Assembly (NCBI GenBank): GCA_051546255.1 | Contig: CP128818.1 | Coordinates: 868,001-932,000, forward strand | Reading direction: 5' to 3' | DNA length: 64,000 bases | Origin: Meyerozyma guilliermondii | Lineage: Eukaryota | Shown here: positions 45,408 to 55,498 of the stretch, one piece after another | Layout: the number at the start of each line of letters is the position of its first letter | Position numbering within the stretch: position 1 is the first letter of the stretch | Notes under the pieces: generated by a model | What the model saw: only the letters and a program-made list of their open reading frames with translations | Told to the model about the DNA's origin: nothing | Databases searched by the model: none | Position numbers and translations under genes: made by a program

Positions 45408-46931
45408 TCACATATACTTGTCCTTGTAGATCCAGCTATTGCCAATGGACTTGTGTCCAAAGAGCTCTCCTAGTCGAAACCATGCCGCTGCCTGGTGGTA
45501 ATCTTTTCTATGATGTTTGGTCTTCACCGACCACAATTCTCCCAACTCCACCATCGACAGAACATGGCCCATGGAGCCAGCTTTTGCCAAGAGGAGCATA
45601 CCAGTAGACTCATCCTTTTTCACACCATATCCATGAACCAAAAAAATTCCAAGTTCATGGTAGGAAGCAGTTATAGAATCTTTGGTACTCATTTTGGAAA
45701 GTTTATGCGAAGGAAGTTCCGAAAAATAACGGTAAAGCGCCAATGGTTGTATAGGAGGTTCTCGCTTCACCAAAGAAACCACGAGTGCCACGAGAGCTTC
45801 AAGCGGTTGTTCGTTATATTGAACGGCTACCGACTCAGAAACCTCGGTTTGTCCCGTCAAAAGAATCAGTTTGCAGAGCCATTTTGCAGCACCACTATCG
45901 TTCTGTTTCACACCCTGGCCAAGGTGCAAGGCAATGGCATACAAGTACATGGCCCTAGGGTAGAAAAAAGGAGCATTCGCTGCAATTTGCAATTGATACA
46001 GACCTTCGCGATCACGGCCCATCGCACGAAGCTTTAAAGCCGTAGCAGTTCGAGTTTCTGGATCCAAATCTCGATTGGAAGGAGAGGTGTTGACGATGCC
46101 CGAGTCTGAGATGATCCTTCTGGTGGGAGTAGAAGGAGAGTTTCGAGGTACGCTTTCACTTATGGACCTATTGTGTGGAGATGAGGTAGAATACGGACTG
46201 GAAAACGCTTGGATATGATTCAGTTTGGGTGTAACGGGTTCTTTTTTGGGTTCAATGGCTTGGTTCTCGCCCACATTAGCCACAAAACTATCGTGGGACC
46301 GCTCATTAGTGTTAAAGACAGCTTTTCGTTGAACACTTTTGACGGCTGGTTCCAGTCGTTTGCTCTTTTGTGAAGACTGAGAAGTCAAAGATGTCTGAGA
46401 AAGTCCACGATTCAATTCAGCATCAGGGTTTGTCTGAACATCGGCCACGAAACTGTCGACAGAACGATTTTTGTTGAATATTGCTTTGAGTTGAACATCT
46501 TTGACCGAAGGTTGGCGCACCGGTTTCGAATCTTGCAGTCCACTTTGAAAGGGAATTGGAGCTCGCAGCAACGAGATACCCCTGCTGAGCGGCTTGGACC
46601 GCCTTCTTTCTGGCTGAGAGAACTTTCCACTAACGAAATCGTCATCATCTAGTCCAAGCTTATCAAGAAGACGTCCAGTACTTTTCACCGAAACCATGCT
46701 ATCGCGCTTAGCCAAGTCAAATTCAGACCATTCTGACGACTCGTACAGGTAAGTAGAGGCATCTTCAGCACCATAATCGTCTTGCTGGTTGTTCAATGGT
46801 AGTTTATGTAGATCTGCTTGAGTTTCGTGATTTGGTTGACGACGGTCTCTCGAAGTTGTGAGTTGAGCCTGGAGCCGTTTGAGTGGAGAGGTGGTTTGGG
46901 AGTCGTTGATTTGGTGGGCTTGAGGGTTCAT
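45408..46931 (-). CDS. DSF2: Sel1-repeat protein, Dsf2-like
   Basis: AMYLYAIALHLGQGV, ELGIFLVHGYGVKKD, AAAWFRLGE...GNSWIYKDKY after an S-rich N-terminus. Confidence 0.6.
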   Translation of the reverse strand: MNPQAHQINDSQTTSPLKRLQAQLTTSRDRRQPNHETQADLHKLPLNNQQDDYGAEDASTYLYESSEWSEFDLAKRDSMVSVKSTGRLLDKLGLDDDDFVSGKFSQPERRRSKPLSRGISLLRAPIPFQSGLQDSKPVRQPSVKDVQLKAIFNKNRSVDSFVADVQTNPDAELNRGLSQTSLTSQSSQKSKRLEPAVKSVQRKAVFNTNERSHDSFVANVGENQAIEPKKEPVTPKLNHIQAFSSPYSTSSPHNRSISESVPRNSPSTPTRRIISDSGIVNTSPSNRDLDPETRTATALKLRAMGRDREGLYQLQIAANAPFFYPRAMYLYAIALHLGQGVKQNDSGAAKWLCKLILLTGQTEVSESVAVQYNEQPLEALVALVVSLVKREPPIQPLALYRYFSELPSHKLSKMSTKDSITASYHELGIFLVHGYGVKKDESTGMLLLAKAGSMGHVLSMVELGELWSVKTKHHRKDYHQAAAWFRLGELFGHKSIGNSWIYKDKYM

Positions 46932-47321
46932 ATCATGAGAATACGTGTGTTTATGAGAATACTTGTGTCTGTTACAAGTAGTTATGTTGCACAGTATTTT
47001 TAGCAGTTACATAAGACTTCCGGGGTGCTTATGCAATGCGACGCTCAAATGTGCCAAACTTGCTTTAACACCTTCAAAATCAGGAATTATGCATATTTGC
47101 AACCCATCGTCAGTAATTTGCACCCACCTCCAAATGACTCACACCCACCCGCAACAATAGCACTAGTTCCTAACACCCAGTTTCCTACGGCGTTGCGATG
47201 ACATTTACCGGTGCGGCCCCAAAATCGGTTCAATCGCGCCGCTCAATCTTGCAGGTTTGGTGCCGTTCCACAATTTATTTCTACTTTAAACTTTCAAATT
47301 ATTAAATCTATTCCAATTTCT

Positions 47322-49169
47322 ATGCTCAGACGTCCCAAAGTGTCCCCGGAGCTTGATCCGTCCACGTTATCCAACTATGGTGATTTCATCGTACACAAGA
47401 CCCAGTTGGACTTGGCAGTTGACTTTGACAAAAACCGGGTTTCCAGTTGCGTTTCTTTAAATGTGACTAACAGAACCAATACCCATCAAGTTGTGCTCGA
47501 TAGCTCGTATCTCGTTATTCATTCGGCTTCCATAAATGGCATAAGCACTCCGTTTGATGTTGCTGAGCGTCAGACCCTCGGTTCCAAAGTCACCATAAAA
47601 ATTCCGCCAGAAATGAAAATTTCAGAATTGACCATCACCATAGAGTCAGAGACCACATACGAGTGCACGGCACTCCAGTTTCTTCCCGCTGAAGCCACAG
47701 ATGGTGGTGTGGGTCCATACTTGTTTTCGCAATGTCAAGCCATTCACGCACGAAGTTTGTTTCCATGCTTCGACACTCCCGCAGTCAAATGTCCCTACGA
47801 GATGCTGGTAACGTCTCCGTACCCTTCTGTGATGTCTGGAAGACCATTGGGTGTTTCTGGAAATATGTACCGGTTTTCTCAGCCGGTTCCCATTCCGTCG
47901 TATCTCGTCGCCGTAGCTTCTGGAGACATTAAAAGTGCCCCAATTGGACCTAGATCGCTGGTGTATTGCGAGCCATTGAAACTTGAGGTTTGCCAGCACG
48001 AGTTCCAGGCAGATATGGAACATTTTTTGCAAGCGGCAGAGTCGCTCGTTTTCAAATATGAATGGGAGCGTTACGATGCTTTGGTGCTTCCGCTGAGTTT
48101 TCCCTACGGAGGAATGGAGAATCCCAATATCACGTTTGTGACTCCAACTTTGATCTCTGGCGACCGGGAAAACGTCGATGTCATTGCTCACGAATTGGCT
48201 CATTCTTGGTCGGGAAACTTGGTGACAAACTGCTCGTGGGAACATTTTTGGCTCAATGAAGGTTGGACAGTTTACTTGGAAAGAAGAATTCTCGGCAAAC
48301 TTCACGGCAATGCCACCAGAGATTTCAGTGCCATCATAGGATGGACCGACCTAGAAAACTCAATTGCAGCAATGGGACCTTCTGCAGAAAGATGGTCGAT
48401 GCTTGTGCACAATCTTAAGGATGGGTCTGATCCGGACGATGCATTTTCAACGGTTCCTTATGAAAAAGGCTCGACTTTGCTCTACCATATCGAGACATTA
48501 ATTGGCCAGGAAAAGTTCGATAAGTTCATTCCCCACTACTTCCACACATTTAGGTACAAATCGCTCGATACGTACCAGTTTATCGACTGTCTCTACAGCT
48601 TTTTTGCCGACTTCAAGTCGGTATTGGATACCATTGACTGGGAATCTTGGTTGTACAAACCAGGAATGCCGCCGGTAAAACCTGATTTCGACACCTCCAT
48701 GGTGGACCAGTGTTACCAGTTGGCAGACAAGTGGTACCATCACTCCCTCAAAAACAAATTCCATAAATTTTCAAGTGAAGATATTAAATCTTTCACCGCC
48801 AACCAGTCGGTGGTTTTCTTGGATACTCTTATAGCTTTCGACAAACTCGACTTCAAATGGAAACACCACCTCGATGCATTAAATACCATGGCCTCGGTTT
48901 ACCAGGAATACTCCAAATCAACCAATGCCGAAGTTTTGTTCCGATGGTATGTTCTTCAAGTCACCGGCCACAACCAAGAATATTACTCCCGGCTTGGAGA
49001 ATGGCTCGGAACCGTTGGTCGTATGAAGTTTGTTCGCCCCGGATACGTGCTTTTGAACAAGGTAGACCGCTCAATGGCTCTTCATTACTTTGAAAAATTC
49101 CACAACCGCTACCATGCCATTTGCAAGAGTATGGTGAGGAGAGATTGGGACTTGATAAAGACTAAATAA
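47322..49169 (+). CDS. LAP2: M1 aminopeptidase / leukotriene A4 hydrolase homolog
   Basis: DPSTLSNY, SQCQAIHARS, FPYGGMEN, HELAHSWSGN...NEG, VPYEKG, VGRMKFVRP. Confidence 0.93.
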   Translation: MLRRPKVSPELDPSTLSNYGDFIVHKTQLDLAVDFDKNRVSSCVSLNVTNRTNTHQVVLDSSYLVIHSASINGISTPFDVAERQTLGSKVTIKIPPEMKISELTITIESETTYECTALQFLPAEATDGGVGPYLFSQCQAIHARSLFPCFDTPAVKCPYEMLVTSPYPSVMSGRPLGVSGNMYRFSQPVPIPSYLVAVASGDIKSAPIGPRSLVYCEPLKLEVCQHEFQADMEHFLQAAESLVFKYEWERYDALVLPLSFPYGGMENPNITFVTPTLISGDRENVDVIAHELAHSWSGNLVTNCSWEHFWLNEGWTVYLERRILGKLHGNATRDFSAIIGWTDLENSIAAMGPSAERWSMLVHNLKDGSDPDDAFSTVPYEKGSTLLYHIETLIGQEKFDKFIPHYFHTFRYKSLDTYQFIDCLYSFFADFKSVLDTIDWESWLYKPGMPPVKPDFDTSMVDQCYQLADKWYHHSLKNKFHKFSSEDIKSFTANQSVVFLDTLIAFDKLDFKWKHHLDALNTMASVYQEYSKSTNAEVLFRWYVLQVTGHNQEYYSRLGEWLGTVGRMKFVRPGYVLLNKVDRSMALHYFEKFHNRYHAICKSMVRRDWDLIKTK

Positions 49170-49377
49170 CAACATAACTACACGAATCGCAAGAACCACA
49201 ATAAATCACAATAGATCCCAGAATATATGTCTCCTGTCTTACTTTCACATATACATAATATAAGTTAACTGTTTAATCGTCTCTTCAGATCTCTTTTTGC
49301 TTATCGGGCAGGCACCCGTGCACCAGCGCGTACAAACTTCACCGCGAAATCAGACACGTAAACAGCGTACAAATATA

Positions 49378-49956
49378 ATGAACTTTTCGTTTTCAAATAT
49401 TCCGGTAGGTAACCCCCCATTTTTTTGACATATTCCCCATCTGCTAACCCAGCTCAGTCTGTTTAGAGACCGTTTGGGCATCGAAAGGCTTCGTGACGAC
49501 GTCAACAACATCCTGTCCACGCTTCTGCAACTTCGCCCGCCGCAAGAATTCTTTGATTTTCGCCGTGTTTCGAAGCCAGCAAACTTTGGCGAGGCCCAGG
49601 GCCGTATTTCCTACAATCTAGGCTACTATTCTGCCAACTATGTGGCGATAGTGGCGATTTTGAGTGTCTATGCTCTCGTGACAAACTTTCTTTTGATGTT
49701 TGTGATCCTCCTTGTAGCCGGTGGAGTATTTGGAATTAGCCGATTGGGCGGCAATGACTTGGTGTTGCCGTTTGGACGGTTCAACTCATCGCAGTTGTAC
49801 ACTGGTCTCATGATCGTGGCGATCCCATTGACGTTTTTGGCCAGTCCGATCTCCACCATGATGTGGCTCATTGGTTCTTCGATGGTGACGGTGGGAAGCC
49901 ATGCCACGTTGATGGAGAAGCCGATCGAGACTGTGTTCGAGGAGGAGGAGGTTTGA
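49378..49956 (+). CDS. YIP3: PRA1-family Rab acceptor Yip3, 2 exons: 49378-49404 and 49453-49956
   Basis: LRPPQEFFDFRRVSKP, YNLGYYSANY, HATLMEKPIET; 48-nt intron GTAGGT...TGCTAACCCAG. Confidence 0.88.
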
Positions 49957-50202
49957 AGAGAAAAGGATGAAGAAAAGGATGAAAGAAGTGAGGTGGACTG
50001 AACAGAAGAGATGACAGAAATGAGGTGTATAAGACTACACTGAGCTGGACTGAACGAGAGCAGTGGTGTCATATTGTAATAGAATAATCTTATCTCTCTT
50101 GTAATTATCGAACCAAAACTGCAATTTTATATCTCATCTACGACACCTCGTCTAGTTCTACATCTTCTGTCCATTGACTTATATTAACATGCTACAAATC
50201 TC

Positions 50203-50661
50203 TTAGATGTGCAACTTAGTTCTTCTCCAGTGTCTTCTCTTGGCGTTGTATCTGATAGTGTTACCACTTCTCAATCTGATCCACTGAGGCAATGGTCTGT
50301 TTTGCTTCTGGGCCTTGGCCAACTTTTGCTTGGTCCTGAAAGATTTTTGAGACTGAGTTAGTAAAGGAAGAAGAAAGTCGAAAATTGACGAAAGTTGAAG
50401 TAGTCTTGGTGGCGGAAATGTACATGACCAACTATGAGCTGAGCTTCGTAATGTCCCTATTGGCTCCAATATGACCGAATGACTTTAAAGGCTTCAATAA
50501 AGTGTAGTCTATTTTATCCGCCATAATTCAACATTCTAGTATTATTTGCTTATATCTCATGGAAGTCTCTCTTTACTCTCTGTGACACAAGTAGCCACAT
50601 AATCTCACCAAGTCTTTCTGTCGTCTTTTCGTAGCATATTATCGTCTGTACTTACTGGCAT
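50203..50661 (-). CDS. RPL39: 60S ribosomal protein L39, exons 50656-50661 and 50203-50352
   Basis: [29 protein letters not shown]...; intron 50353-50655 GTAAGT...TACTAACTCAG. Confidence 0.95.
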
Positions 50662-50829
50662 CTTGACTGACTCGTGGAAAAGTTTTGCGAAAAGTTTGTT
50701 CGCACTACAGAGGTGGATACTGCAGACAAACCTCCCAAAAACCATACACGTGCGCGCACCGAGGGCTGCGCCCGCAAAATCCAATGGTCGCGAAATTTTT
50801 CAACTCCAAGTTTTCACCACTACAACACC

Positions 50830-51222
50830 ATGACCAGAACTTCCGTGTTAGCAGATGCTTTGAACGCCATTAACAACGCCGAAAAGACCGGTAAGCGTCA
50901 AGTCTTGATCAGACCATCCTCCAAGGTCATCATCAAATTTTTGAGTGTGATGCAAAAGCACGGTTACATCGGTGAGTTCGAATACATCGACGACCACAGA
51001 TCCGGAAAGATTGTCGTTCAACTTACCGGTAGATTGAACAAGTGTGGTGTCATTTCCCCAAGATTCAACGTCAAAATCGGAGATATCGAGAGATGGACCG
51101 ACAACTTGTTGCCTGCTAGACAGTTCGGTTTGGTTATTTTGACCACTTCTGCTGGTATTATGGACCACGAAGAAGCCAGAAGAAAGCACGTTTCCGGTAA
51201 GATCTTGGGTTTCGTTTACTAG
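50830..51222 (+). CDS. RPS22: 40S ribosomal protein S22 (uS8)
   Basis: [29 protein letters not shown], 130 aa. Confidence 0.97.
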   Translation: MTRTSVLADALNAINNAEKTGKRQVLIRPSSKVIIKFLSVMQKHGYIGEFEYIDDHRSGKIVVQLTGRLNKCGVISPRFNVKIGDIERWTDNLLPARQFGLVILTTSAGIMDHEEARRKHVSGKILGFVY

Positions 51223-51462
51223 AGAAAAAGGTGAATAAATAGGGAGAAGTCGTGACGAAGTAAGAGGTGAAAAATGGCTGGAAAGCTATACGAGAAGTTT
51301 AGAAATAAACAATTAATTAAACGTTGTAGGCTCAATGAGTGGGCTGATTTCGATAATAGAATCAATTGCTATAGCTAGTTATGTGGTTTCAATTGGTAGT
51401 AGCATTGGTAGTACCTTCATAGGCGGCTTCAATTTCCTGCATATCAACCTGGCTCGTTCTCC

Positions 51463-51489
51463 AGGGCTAGCCCTTTCTCTCCGCACGTG
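51463..51489. promoter_or_regulatory. Tbf1-like palindrome AGGGCTAGCCCT plus Cbf1-type CACGTG upstream of RPS14
   Basis: Matches the Tbf1/Cbf1 logic known for Candida ribosomal protein promoters. CACGTG (50747) and GAGGGCTG (50761) also occur in the RPL39/RPS22 promoter. Confidence 0.6.
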
Positions 51490-51552
51490 CGCAATTCGCA
51501 CCCACCGTTGAAAAATTTGAACATCTCAACTCTACATTCAAAGAAACTAACC

Positions 51553-52175
51553 ATGTCTTCTGGTATGTAAAATCTGACGATGTTCGTCAGGAAAGCGGTG
51601 ATACGTGCAAATACAATACGCAGAATTCATATAAACGAGTCTCCACCAGGATTTAGTCACTTGTTGAAACATGCCTAAAGTGATTTTTAATTCTTCACCA
51701 TGTTCGTGATTTCGATGTGCGTTTTTGCATTGTTCCGCTTTCTCTTGGTTACCAACGTTCCCTACTAACCTCAGCTCAAGTTAGAGATAACACTCAGGTG
51801 TTCGGTGTTGCCCGTATCTTTGCTTCCTTCAACGATACTTTCGTCCATGTTACCGATTTGTCCGGTAAGGAAACCATCTCCAGAGTCACTGGTGGTATGA
51901 AGGTCAAGGCTGACAAGGATGAGTCCTCTCCATACGCTGCCATGTTGGCTGCTCAAGACGTTGCCGTCAAGTGTAAGGAAGTTGGTATCACCGCTGTCCA
52001 CGTTAAGTTGAGAGCTACTGGAGGTACTGGTACCAAGACTCCTGGTCCAGGAGGTCAATCTGCTTTGAGAGCCTTGGCCAGATCCGGCTTGAGAATTGGC
52101 AGAATTGAAGATGTTACCCCAGTTCCATCGGACTCTACCAGAAGAAAGGGTGGTAGAAGAGGTAGAAGATTGTGA
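51553..52175 (+). CDS. RPS14: 40S ribosomal protein S14 (uS11), exons 51553-51562 and 51775-52175
   Basis: [24 protein letters not shown]...KGGRRGRRL; intron GTATGT...TACTAACCTCAG. Confidence 0.97.
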
Positions 52176-52327
52176 TTGCGCAACTTTTGGGTGTTGTTAA
52201 TGAGATTGTGAACTATAAACTCGACACTCTGCATGGTTCTATAGTCAATAAATTGTCATGTACTGATATTATTTTCGTGGTGTCGTAATTTTTTCTTAAT
52301 TTTTCGCATTCATATTGAAATCATGTT

Positions 52328-55297
52328 ATGTTACCATCAATGTCCACGGCTCGAATGAGCCTTTTAAGGACGTCTGTGCGGTTTCTAAGACGACTTCAAA
52401 CAAGAACCGCTCATAAGGAATCTTCCTATGAAATTGCAGACATCGTACGTGAAGTTTTGACCAGAATAAATCCAAGTCCATCTCATCAACGAAATCCATC
52501 GCTGCCAACTTCAACACATTTACCACTATCCCAAGCATTATTTTATCCTCTAGATCTTCCCAAGGTATTCAAGGTGCACAAACTACCTCTGGTACCTGCC
52601 AATGGCAAAATATCAGAAGAACTGGCGCAAAACCTTGGATCTATTTGCATCGAACATACGCTTACAAAGTATATTCTTCAGACCAGGCCTCAGAAAAATG
52701 ACAAAGAGATCCAGAACTATATAAAGGAGCTCTACAAGTCTGTGTGTGAAAATTTGGATACCAATTCGCTGTCATTTTCTCGTACAATTGGCTACTTTTG
52801 CTACGAAGATGAAGCAGAATGTGAAAAATATCTAATTTCATTATTAGGAGAAGATGCTCGAACGAAGGCATTGAGTAGACTGTTCGGCACGTACTTAAAC
52901 CTGATAGTGTCTTCTGATATTGAAATTGACTACAATTTAATTTGGAACACATCTATTCCTAATGTGGACTTTGAACTACCAAAGCTTGAAAAGTTTAATG
53001 CATTCAATTTATCATACTTGTTTTCCACCAGTGTTCTCAAGAAATTCCTTGGAAAGCTAGTTCATGGCGACAAACAGCTAATTCTTAACAAACATGAACA
53101 ATTATACTCGTTTGGAAAACTTGCATTCACCTACTATACAACACTTAGCGTCCTTAGACGTCACTCAGACACAAGCGAACTTTACCGTGCAATTGACACA
53201 ATTGTCGACTCCGCTATGACGTTTATAAAGCTCTCAGGCATCAGAAACGTCGTTGCTTCACCGGAAAGTTTGACGATTTTACGCCGTGAAAATTTACCTT
53301 CAACAGACTTTTTCTTTCGTTTCTTGGGACTTTTGGAGATTGAAAACTCACAGCTGGTACGTTCGTGGATACAAAATCTTGTGGATAGCTCTCTGCATGG
53401 GCTTCAGGACCAACTTTTTAAAAAGAGATACTCTTCGGTTAACAATGTTCAATTGTCATTAGAGAAGCCAGATGTTTCAAATTCAAATTCTTTACAAATT
53501 CACCATTTAGGTCTTCTTGGAAAGAGCTTTTTGGATTATATTGCTTCCAAGTTGGCTCTTTCTTCTGATGTGGTTCATATCTACGAAAATACGGACCGAA
53601 TCCACTCACAAGTTGAAAATATATTCAGAAAAAGCTTCGGGGTTTCTTCTGACCATTTACCATTGATAGGAAAGTTCACCTCAACTATTTCGCCTGAAAA
53701 CTTTAGCTCAATATTGAAGGAAGTTTCCCCAGATACCAGCGTCTTCAATTTGAAACATTTGCTTTCCACGCGAGCAACTCCATCAATTACTATGAATGAA
53801 TCACAATTTGATCACAAGGATACCTTCACATTTCCAAAATTAAACGACAGATCCAGAATCTCAAGACTTTTAATGGTCAACGATTCAATCATCCAGAGAA
53901 AGAAACATAACCATGGAACAAATTCATGGAAATATGATGGGATTCTCAAGATTCATTTGGTCGCTTTGAAGCTCCATGGCCAAGCTCTTTTTGAGTATCA
54001 TTTGCGCAAATCTTTGTACGAGCATTTACATCGTGATCATTTAGAGAACCTCGAGGATCTTTTCAAGATATTAACCTCAACTTCCTTTGCAAAAGTGGCT
54101 CTAGATTCAGCCGATGTCTTCAATGGAATCATACAAGATAATAGCTACATTGAATACTTGATCCAAAGTTCTGACAAAGGCTTGGCGATGAGTCAATTTG
54201 GCCAGTACGTATCTGCACTTGATTTACAAGACAGCGAAATTATACCCCGATGGACGGACAATATTTCCAGGCTTTTTGCCCAATTATTCGACACTCTTCG
54301 AGTGGAAGACATAAATCCTTTCATTCGTGAGCTTGATAGACAAGTTCATAGCCACCGGTTTTCGTTGACTGAAGCAAGGAACAAGAAACGATTTGAGGAA
54401 CTTGAGCTTCATTTCGGAAAAGGTCAACCAGTTCAAGAACCAGTACATGAACCAGCTCAACTTCGACAATTGCATGCGTACCAAAAATATGTCGTTGATC
54501 TGTTCCTTCTCAACGAGAGACTTCCTTCGTTCATTGAAAAAAGGCACGATATGTTGAGATTTCTTGAAGATAGTGTTTCCGCTCCCAATTTCAACTATGC
54601 CATGCTCCAGTCCATTGGAAATATGAGTGCATTCAGACAAGTTTTAGAGCAAGCTTGGGGAGGTAGCTACCGACCATTTGATGCAAAAATACCACATCTC
54701 AACTATGAGGTATCAGAACTCAAATCTGGACCAGGGCTATATTGTTGGAACCAAGAGCTATGCTTGCCTCGTGCCGAATCCACCCTGCTTCATAAACTAT
54801 TGCTAGTGAACTACTTTTTATCGCGAGAGTTCTTCAAGTCCATGGGAATCCGGTCAAAAAATGTCCATACATATCCTGACATCTGTACGAAGTTTGGTAC
54901 CATGGGTGGTGACTATTACAACTATTTGGTGGTGAAACATGTGGAACACTATTTCCAAGGCGAGTCCGCCGATTCCATAATTGCCTTGCTCCAAGATCGA
55001 CAGTTTATGGCTATAATTTGTTCCTTCTCAGAATTACTATACCACCCGATCGAGCTGGACCACTACACAAGTTCAATGGAACAGCATGTAACCAACAACT
55101 ACTATAATTTGCGGTACAGTTCTCAAAGCTTTCGACAATACATCGGACTGATAAGCCACCAGAATCCTAGTTTGGTTGACTCATGGGTCGAGAAAATCGT
55201 CACGAGCTTGTACAACCACGAGGGAGACGTCGATACAAAGATTAGACATTTGACTCATTTCATCGAACAGCGCTTCGAAATGATTGCATCTGATTAA
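52328..55297 (+). CDS. 989-aa probable mitochondrial protein with repeated degenerate RNase III-like domains
   Basis: Arg-rich, acid-free presequence; repeated LP...(F/L/H/M)G...(F/Y)...(YIG/FLG)...W blocks. Confidence 0.6.
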   Translation: MLPSMSTARMSLLRTSVRFLRRLQTRTAHKESSYEIADIVREVLTRINPSPSHQRNPSLPTSTHLPLSQALFYPLDLPKVFKVHKLPLVPANGKISEELAQNLGSICIEHTLTKYILQTRPQKNDKEIQNYIKELYKSVCENLDTNSLSFSRTIGYFCYEDEAECEKYLISLLGEDARTKALSRLFGTYLNLIVSSDIEIDYNLIWNTSIPNVDFELPKLEKFNAFNLSYLFSTSVLKKFLGKLVHGDKQLILNKHEQLYSFGKLAFTYYTTLSVLRRHSDTSELYRAIDTIVDSAMTFIKLSGIRNVVASPESLTILRRENLPSTDFFFRFLGLLEIENSQLVRSWIQNLVDSSLHGLQDQLFKKRYSSVNNVQLSLEKPDVSNSNSLQIHHLGLLGKSFLDYIASKLALSSDVVHIYENTDRIHSQVENIFRKSFGVSSDHLPLIGKFTSTISPENFSSILKEVSPDTSVFNLKHLLSTRATPSITMNESQFDHKDTFTFPKLNDRSRISRLLMVNDSIIQRKKHNHGTNSWKYDGILKIHLVALKLHGQALFEYHLRKSLYEHLHRDHLENLEDLFKILTSTSFAKVALDSADVFNGIIQDNSYIEYLIQSSDKGLAMSQFGQYVSALDLQDSEIIPRWTDNISRLFAQLFDTLRVEDINPFIRELDRQVHSHRFSLTEARNKKRFEELELHFGKGQPVQEPVHEPAQLRQLHAYQKYVVDLFLLNERLPSFIEKRHDMLRFLEDSVSAPNFNYAMLQSIGNMSAFRQVLEQAWGGSYRPFDAKIPHLNYEVSELKSGPGLYCWNQELCLPRAESTLLHKLLLVNYFLSREFFKSMGIRSKNVHTYPDICTKFGTMGGDYYNYLVVKHVEHYFQGESADSIIALLQDRQFMAIICSFSELLYHPIELDHYTSSMEQHVTNNYYNLRYSSQSFRQYIGLISHQNPSLVDSWVEKIVTSLYNHEGDVDTKIRHLTHFIEQRFEMIASD

Positions 55298-55498
55298 TGG
55301 CTGCAATTCCGCGCCGCACCATGTACATATGCACACTCCGGCGCAGGTGCGGCGCTGTTATCGCAGCCGCAACATATTACCTGATTTAGTTCGAGGAACC
55401 GCAACTACTCGCAGATCTTAACCCTGTACGGACGGCGCTTGTTTCGGGTTCCTGGATAAATACAGGTGGAGTCCGTCGATAGGAGCTCCACGTAAATA

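Noticed and set aside
50353..50655. Intronic snoRNA in RPL39
   Set aside because: No C/D boxes, and no convincing two-hairpin H/ACA fold by eye.
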